DNA of 64,000 nucleotides from an uncultured Nitrospiraceae bacterium (GTDB lineage Bacteria; Nitrospirota; Thermodesulfovibrionia; Thermodesulfovibrionales; UBA6898): NCBI GenBank assembly GCA_963811165.1, contig CAWEQH010000004.1, positions 352,001 through 416,000 on the forward strand. The letters are read 5' to 3'. The translations under genes and the position numbers were made by a program. The notes under the pieces were generated by a model. It was not told where the DNA came from. It was given only the letters and a program-made list of their open reading frames with translations, and did no database searches. Shown piece after piece: positions 60,345 to 64,000 of this stretch (position 1 is its first letter; the number at the start of each line of letters is the position of its first letter).

Positions 60345-60725
60345 ATGAAGAGAGCGTCAGTCGTTTTCCTAGTATTTTTTGTAATGTTTGTGATGGCCTC
60401 AGGAGCATTTGCACAGGAGGTGAAACCCTGTACGGGAGACATAGCTAAGTTCTGCGGCAATGTGAAACCAGGTGAGGGACGGATGGCGCGGTGTTTGAAG
60501 AAGAATGAGGCACAACTTTCGCCTGTTTGCAAGATGCATGTTAAACAGGTGGAGGAGGCAGTCAAGAAAGAAGTGGATCAGGCATGTGTGAACGAAATTA
60601 AGGCTTTCTGCGGAGGATTGAAGGCGGGAGAGGGCCGGGTCGTGGACTGCCTGAAGGCGCAGAAGGCTCATCTGTCACCCAAATGTAAGGCGAAAGTGCT
60701 GGAGGAAGAAAGAAAGATAGAGTAA
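60345..60725 (+). CDS. Exported cysteine-rich repeat (GLG1-like) protein
   Basis: Signal peptide; 2x C..(D/E)I..FC..(V/L)K.GEGR...CL......LSP.C. Confidence 0.85.
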   Translation: MKRASVVFLVFFVMFVMASGAFAQEVKPCTGDIAKFCGNVKPGEGRMARCLKKNEAQLSPVCKMHVKQVEEAVKKEVDQACVNEIKAFCGGLKAGEGRVVDCLKAQKAHLSPKCKAKVLEEERKIE

Positions 60726-61099
60726 AAGCAACATCTGCTGCTTGTGCGTTAGACGCGCTTGGGTAGCGGCTACTATGGAGAAGCTTTAGGAGCAATTACG
60801 GCAAGCTGGCTATTTACTAAAAGATATTCTATATAACGACCATTGAGCGAATATCGAGAGGCAGAGGCTATTTTGGCTCTGCCTCTTATCCTCCTTATGA
60901 CTCTTTTAAGCGATCAGCGGCTTTTCGTTGGGGAAAGGGATTTTCCAGGGCTTTAAGTCTGTCATTAATCCAAAATTCTTCGCAGATCCTCAAGAGTTTC
61001 AACCCCAATACCTGATGGTGGATTGCGACGCTAAAATTATGCAGTATAATGCAGTATACTGTAAACGAAAACGCAATAAATTAATTGTGGGTGTTTGTA

Positions 61100-61921
61100 A
61101 TGAAAAAGAACGTTGCCCTTGTATTTATCGCCATTTCACTCGTGGGTGCAGGCCTGTATGTGTATTCACTGAAGGTTGTATTTCCCAAACCGGAAAACTG
61201 CTCTATCTGTCATTTCATGGCCCCATATTATGCGAAATGGAAGACGTCGACTCATAACAAAGTCGCCTGTCTTAAATGCCATGACTATGGCATGATCACT
61301 GCCCTTGCCGCACAGCTCAAGTTCCTCACGGGGGGGGCGAGCAGCCGTCCCTTTTCGAAAGTCCCGGACAAAAACTGTCTTCAGGCCGGATGCCATGATA
61401 GACGCCTTTTAGAATCCAAGGTGACTACGTCTAAAATGAACATCAGTTTTGACCACTTTGGGCACGGATCGCACTTCACGCAAATGGAGCTGGGCATTCA
61501 GCTGCACTGTAGGAGCTGCCATTCTGACATTCTCCAGGGTGAGCACATGAAGGTTTCCATGAAGGTCTGTTATCTTTGTCATTTTAAAGACGTTCCCCAT
61601 GATCAGTCTTTTACGGGTTGTCCGTCCTGCCATACAGCTCCGGACAAACCGGTAACCGTCGCGGGAAAGAGCTTTTCTCACGATGACGTTCTCAAGGCCG
61701 GGCTTAAATGCCAGGAGTGCCATCTCGCCATCACAAGGGGGGAAGGGACCACCCCCAAGGGGAAATGCTTTTTCTGCCATGTCGACAGGTCCGAGCAGTA
61801 CAGCAATGTCCGGCTTATCCATGCAAAACATGTGACCGATAAACAGATCGATTGCCTGTGGTGCCATGAAGTTATCGAACACGGCAAAATACGCATGGCG
61901 GAGAAGATACCGAATTTATAA
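61100..61921 (+). CDS. Membrane-anchored multiheme cytochrome c (8 CxxCH plus 1 CX4CH)
   Basis: CSICH, CLKCH, CLQAGCH, CRSCH, CYLCH, CPSCH, CQECH, CFFCH, CLWCH; NapC/NirT-like start. Confidence 0.92.
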   Translation: MKKNVALVFIAISLVGAGLYVYSLKVVFPKPENCSICHFMAPYYAKWKTSTHNKVACLKCHDYGMITALAAQLKFLTGGASSRPFSKVPDKNCLQAGCHDRRLLESKVTTSKMNISFDHFGHGSHFTQMELGIQLHCRSCHSDILQGEHMKVSMKVCYLCHFKDVPHDQSFTGCPSCHTAPDKPVTVAGKSFSHDDVLKAGLKCQECHLAITRGEGTTPKGKCFFCHVDRSEQYSNVRLIHAKHVTDKQIDCLWCHEVIEHGKIRMAEKIPNL

Positions 61922-62019
61922 GAGGGACTTATTCGTGTATCGGGAGAGGTTGCCGGGAAAAATCCTGCCGTTAAGCAATGGGGAAAAATCGCACAGATGA
62001 CTTATACTGAGAGAGGAGC

Positions 62020-63255
62020 ATGAAAAGGTATGTATCAGAAAGAGCAATTTTCATCATTCCCGCACTCCTCTGGTGCATCCTGATAACGGAAGGCGCGATG
62101 TCTGCGCCTGGTCCCATCGTCGGCGGCTGCCCTGTCTTTCTGGCAGATAATATTTGGAATACCCAGATAGATACACTTGCCATTGATGCAAATTCTTCAA
62201 ACTATATCTCCGCGATCGGCGCAGGCATTGGTCTTCATCCTGATTTTGGTTCGGGCATGTGGGACGGAGGCCCTATCGGCATCCCGTATACCATTGTGAG
62301 CGGAACACAGCAAAAAGTGAACATTACCTTTGAGTATGCAGATGAAAGTGACCAAGGTCCTTATCCGATACCACCCGATGCCCTCATTGAGGGAGGAAAT
62401 CAGGCTACAGGAGACCGTCATGTCATTGTACTGGACAAGGATGCCTGTATTCTCTATGAGACATGGTCGACATATCCTCAGTCCGATGGAACTTGGCATG
62501 CGGGTTCCGGAGCTGTCTTCGACCTCGGGTCGGATGCCTTGCGTCCCAGCGGATGGACATCAGCCGACGCGGCGGGGCTCCCCATTCTGCCCGGGCTTGT
62601 ACGTTACGATGAGGTGGTATCCGGAGAAATCCATCATGCAATTCGCTTTACCGCGCCGCAGATAAGAAGAGCCTTTGTGTGGCCTGCCCGTCATTATGCG
62701 GGAAGCATTACCGCAGCGAACGATCCTCCGATGGGACAGCGTTTTCGTCTCAAGGCAAGTTTTGACATCTCGGCTTACTCCTCAGATGTGCAGGTTATCC
62801 TCAGTGCCATGAAAAAATATGGAATAATCCTTGCCGACATTGGTTCAGCGTGGTATATTTCGGGAGTTCCCGATCCCGGATGGAATGATGATATCCTGGT
62901 AAATGAATTCAGCCGGGTTCACGGATCTGATTTCGAAGCTGTTGATGAGTCTTCCCTGACAGTAAATCCCGATACCGGGCAGGCGTGTGGTCAGCATCCC
63001 GCTTTTATTGACTCGACTGCGTACAATTCTGTTGCCGAAGCATATTCGGCGGCAGGGTCGTATAGCTCGCCGGTAACGATTAAACTGCTTGGCGCGAACC
63101 TGTCAGAAACGCTTGATTTCAACCAGGGGCATAACGTGATTCTGCAGGGCGGGTATAACTGCGGTTTTGCAAATCAGTTGCTCTATAGTGTTTTACACGG
63201 GTCCCTAATACTCACCAGCGGTATGACGGAGTTGGACAGCATAGAGATAGAGTAG
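62020..63255 (+). CDS. Secreted hypothetical protein with shared C-terminal domain
   Basis: Signal peptide; FLADNIWN, GDRH, SADAAGLP, KKYG..LAD. Confidence 0.85.
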   Translation: MKRYVSERAIFIIPALLWCILITEGAMSAPGPIVGGCPVFLADNIWNTQIDTLAIDANSSNYISAIGAGIGLHPDFGSGMWDGGPIGIPYTIVSGTQQKVNITFEYADESDQGPYPIPPDALIEGGNQATGDRHVIVLDKDACILYETWSTYPQSDGTWHAGSGAVFDLGSDALRPSGWTSADAAGLPILPGLVRYDEVVSGEIHHAIRFTAPQIRRAFVWPARHYAGSITAANDPPMGQRFRLKASFDISAYSSDVQVILSAMKKYGIILADIGSAWYISGVPDPGWNDDILVNEFSRVHGSDFEAVDESSLTVNPDTGQACGQHPAFIDSTAYNSVAEAYSAAGSYSSPVTIKLLGANLSETLDFNQGHNVILQGGYNCGFANQLLYSVLHGSLILTSGMTELDSIEIE

Positions 63256-63361
63256 CCTAAGCCTCTCCCTTATTGCCGCTCTTATATTGGGGTATGCATT
63301 CTCTTAAAGCCGTCCGGCTACGCCGGAAGGGCCTTATACACGGTCGGTCGGGAAACTTCTA

Positions 63362-63693
63362 TTAATTGTGGGCCTTCAGTTCCTCGGTCTCTTTGACCTT
63401 GCCAAGGCTGCCGATCACATCAACTAACCGGCATGGCTGTCCCAAATACCGAACCCAGCACTATGCTGCACTGCGCTCGCAGAATATACCCAGGGCAATC
63501 CCAACCACGGTCAGCATCCTTACTATCGTCGTTGGCCCCACAGGCCCCCCTGCCAGATGACTTATCAGTATCAATGTCCCGTAACTGCCGAAATAAAATC
63601 CCGGCACTATCCCAAATACCAGAAACACTATCCACCCAATGCCGCTCCGATCTTCGTCCCTACCTTCATCGTCTTTTTTCTTTCCTCTTTCAT
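63362..63693 (-). pseudogene. Degenerate copy of Gly-rich membrane protein B
   Basis: RBS, 5' end and 3' end nearly identical to 18004..18339; several indels. Confidence 0.82.
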
Positions 63694-63727
63694 GACACTT
63701 CCTCCTTTTTTATTTGTTATTAATTAA

Positions 63728-64000
63728 TTATTTATGTCCTATTGTTGCCATTTCTTTTTTCCCTGTTGCTATAGTGTCCATCACTGTGCCAGGCCAGCCC
63801 CCAATCGTACAGGCCATAGTGAACATCGTCCCTGAAACCATAACTCCAAGCACCATCGAAATTGCTACGATCATCCTGGGAAGTAAACCTGCTCCTAAAG
63901 GTATGCCAAACAGTATGCTCGCTATATTTAATCCCATCACTCCGCCAAGGAATGACCCGGGAAGCAATCCAAATACTGCAAAGAGCACCACTCCGCAGCC
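63728..64000 (-). CDS. Gly-rich membrane protein A paralog (start lies beyond window end)
   Basis: GLLPGSFLGGVMGLNIA identical to the 17642 gene. Confidence 0.78.
   Translation of the reverse strand, partial: GCGVVLFAVFGLLPGSFLGGVMGLNIASILFGIPLGAGLLPRMIVAISMVLGVMVSGTMFTMACTIGGWPGTVMDTIATGKKEMATIGHK

Noticed and set aside
1..64000. CRISPR array, rRNA, and long antisense ORFs (e.g. 2959..3888, 46554..47420)
   Set aside because: No regularly spaced repeats or rRNA signatures were seen; the antisense ORFs shadow well-supported genes

Overview
Bacterial chromosomal window. Gene content and order (lipA-alaC-hom, galT-glgA-HK-RR, many sigma54 promoters, multiheme cytochrome) suggest an anaerobe related to Nitrospirota (Thermodesulfovibrionia) or Desulfobacterota; this taxonomy is inferred, not tested. 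Housekeeping blocks (1.5-13.5 kb, 40.7-52 kb) alternate with accessory regions: an AT-richer mosaic of small genes, gene fragments and an IS3 (about 26.6-40.6 kb), and a decayed element beside tRNA-Val (from 53.3 kb). The most interesting signals are absent from the ORF track. (1) Two structured ncRNA candidates (5.24-5.50 kb minus, 28.22-28.56 kb plus) each follow a near-consensus sigma70 promoter and share a covarying ~70-nt core resembling part of 6S RNA. (2) A 69-aa glutaredoxin-like selenoprotein has two in-frame UGA codons, each followed by a SECIS-like hairpin. (3) A three-copy small-RNA family carries GAUCCCCA loops. (4) Four paralogous Cys4 microproteins share upstream 11-bp-periodic boxes. 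(5) Two unrelated secreted proteins share a C-terminal domain. (6) An orphan MtrA-like corrinoid protein has a sigma54 promoter. All family assignments come from reading motifs by eye; no database searches were run.
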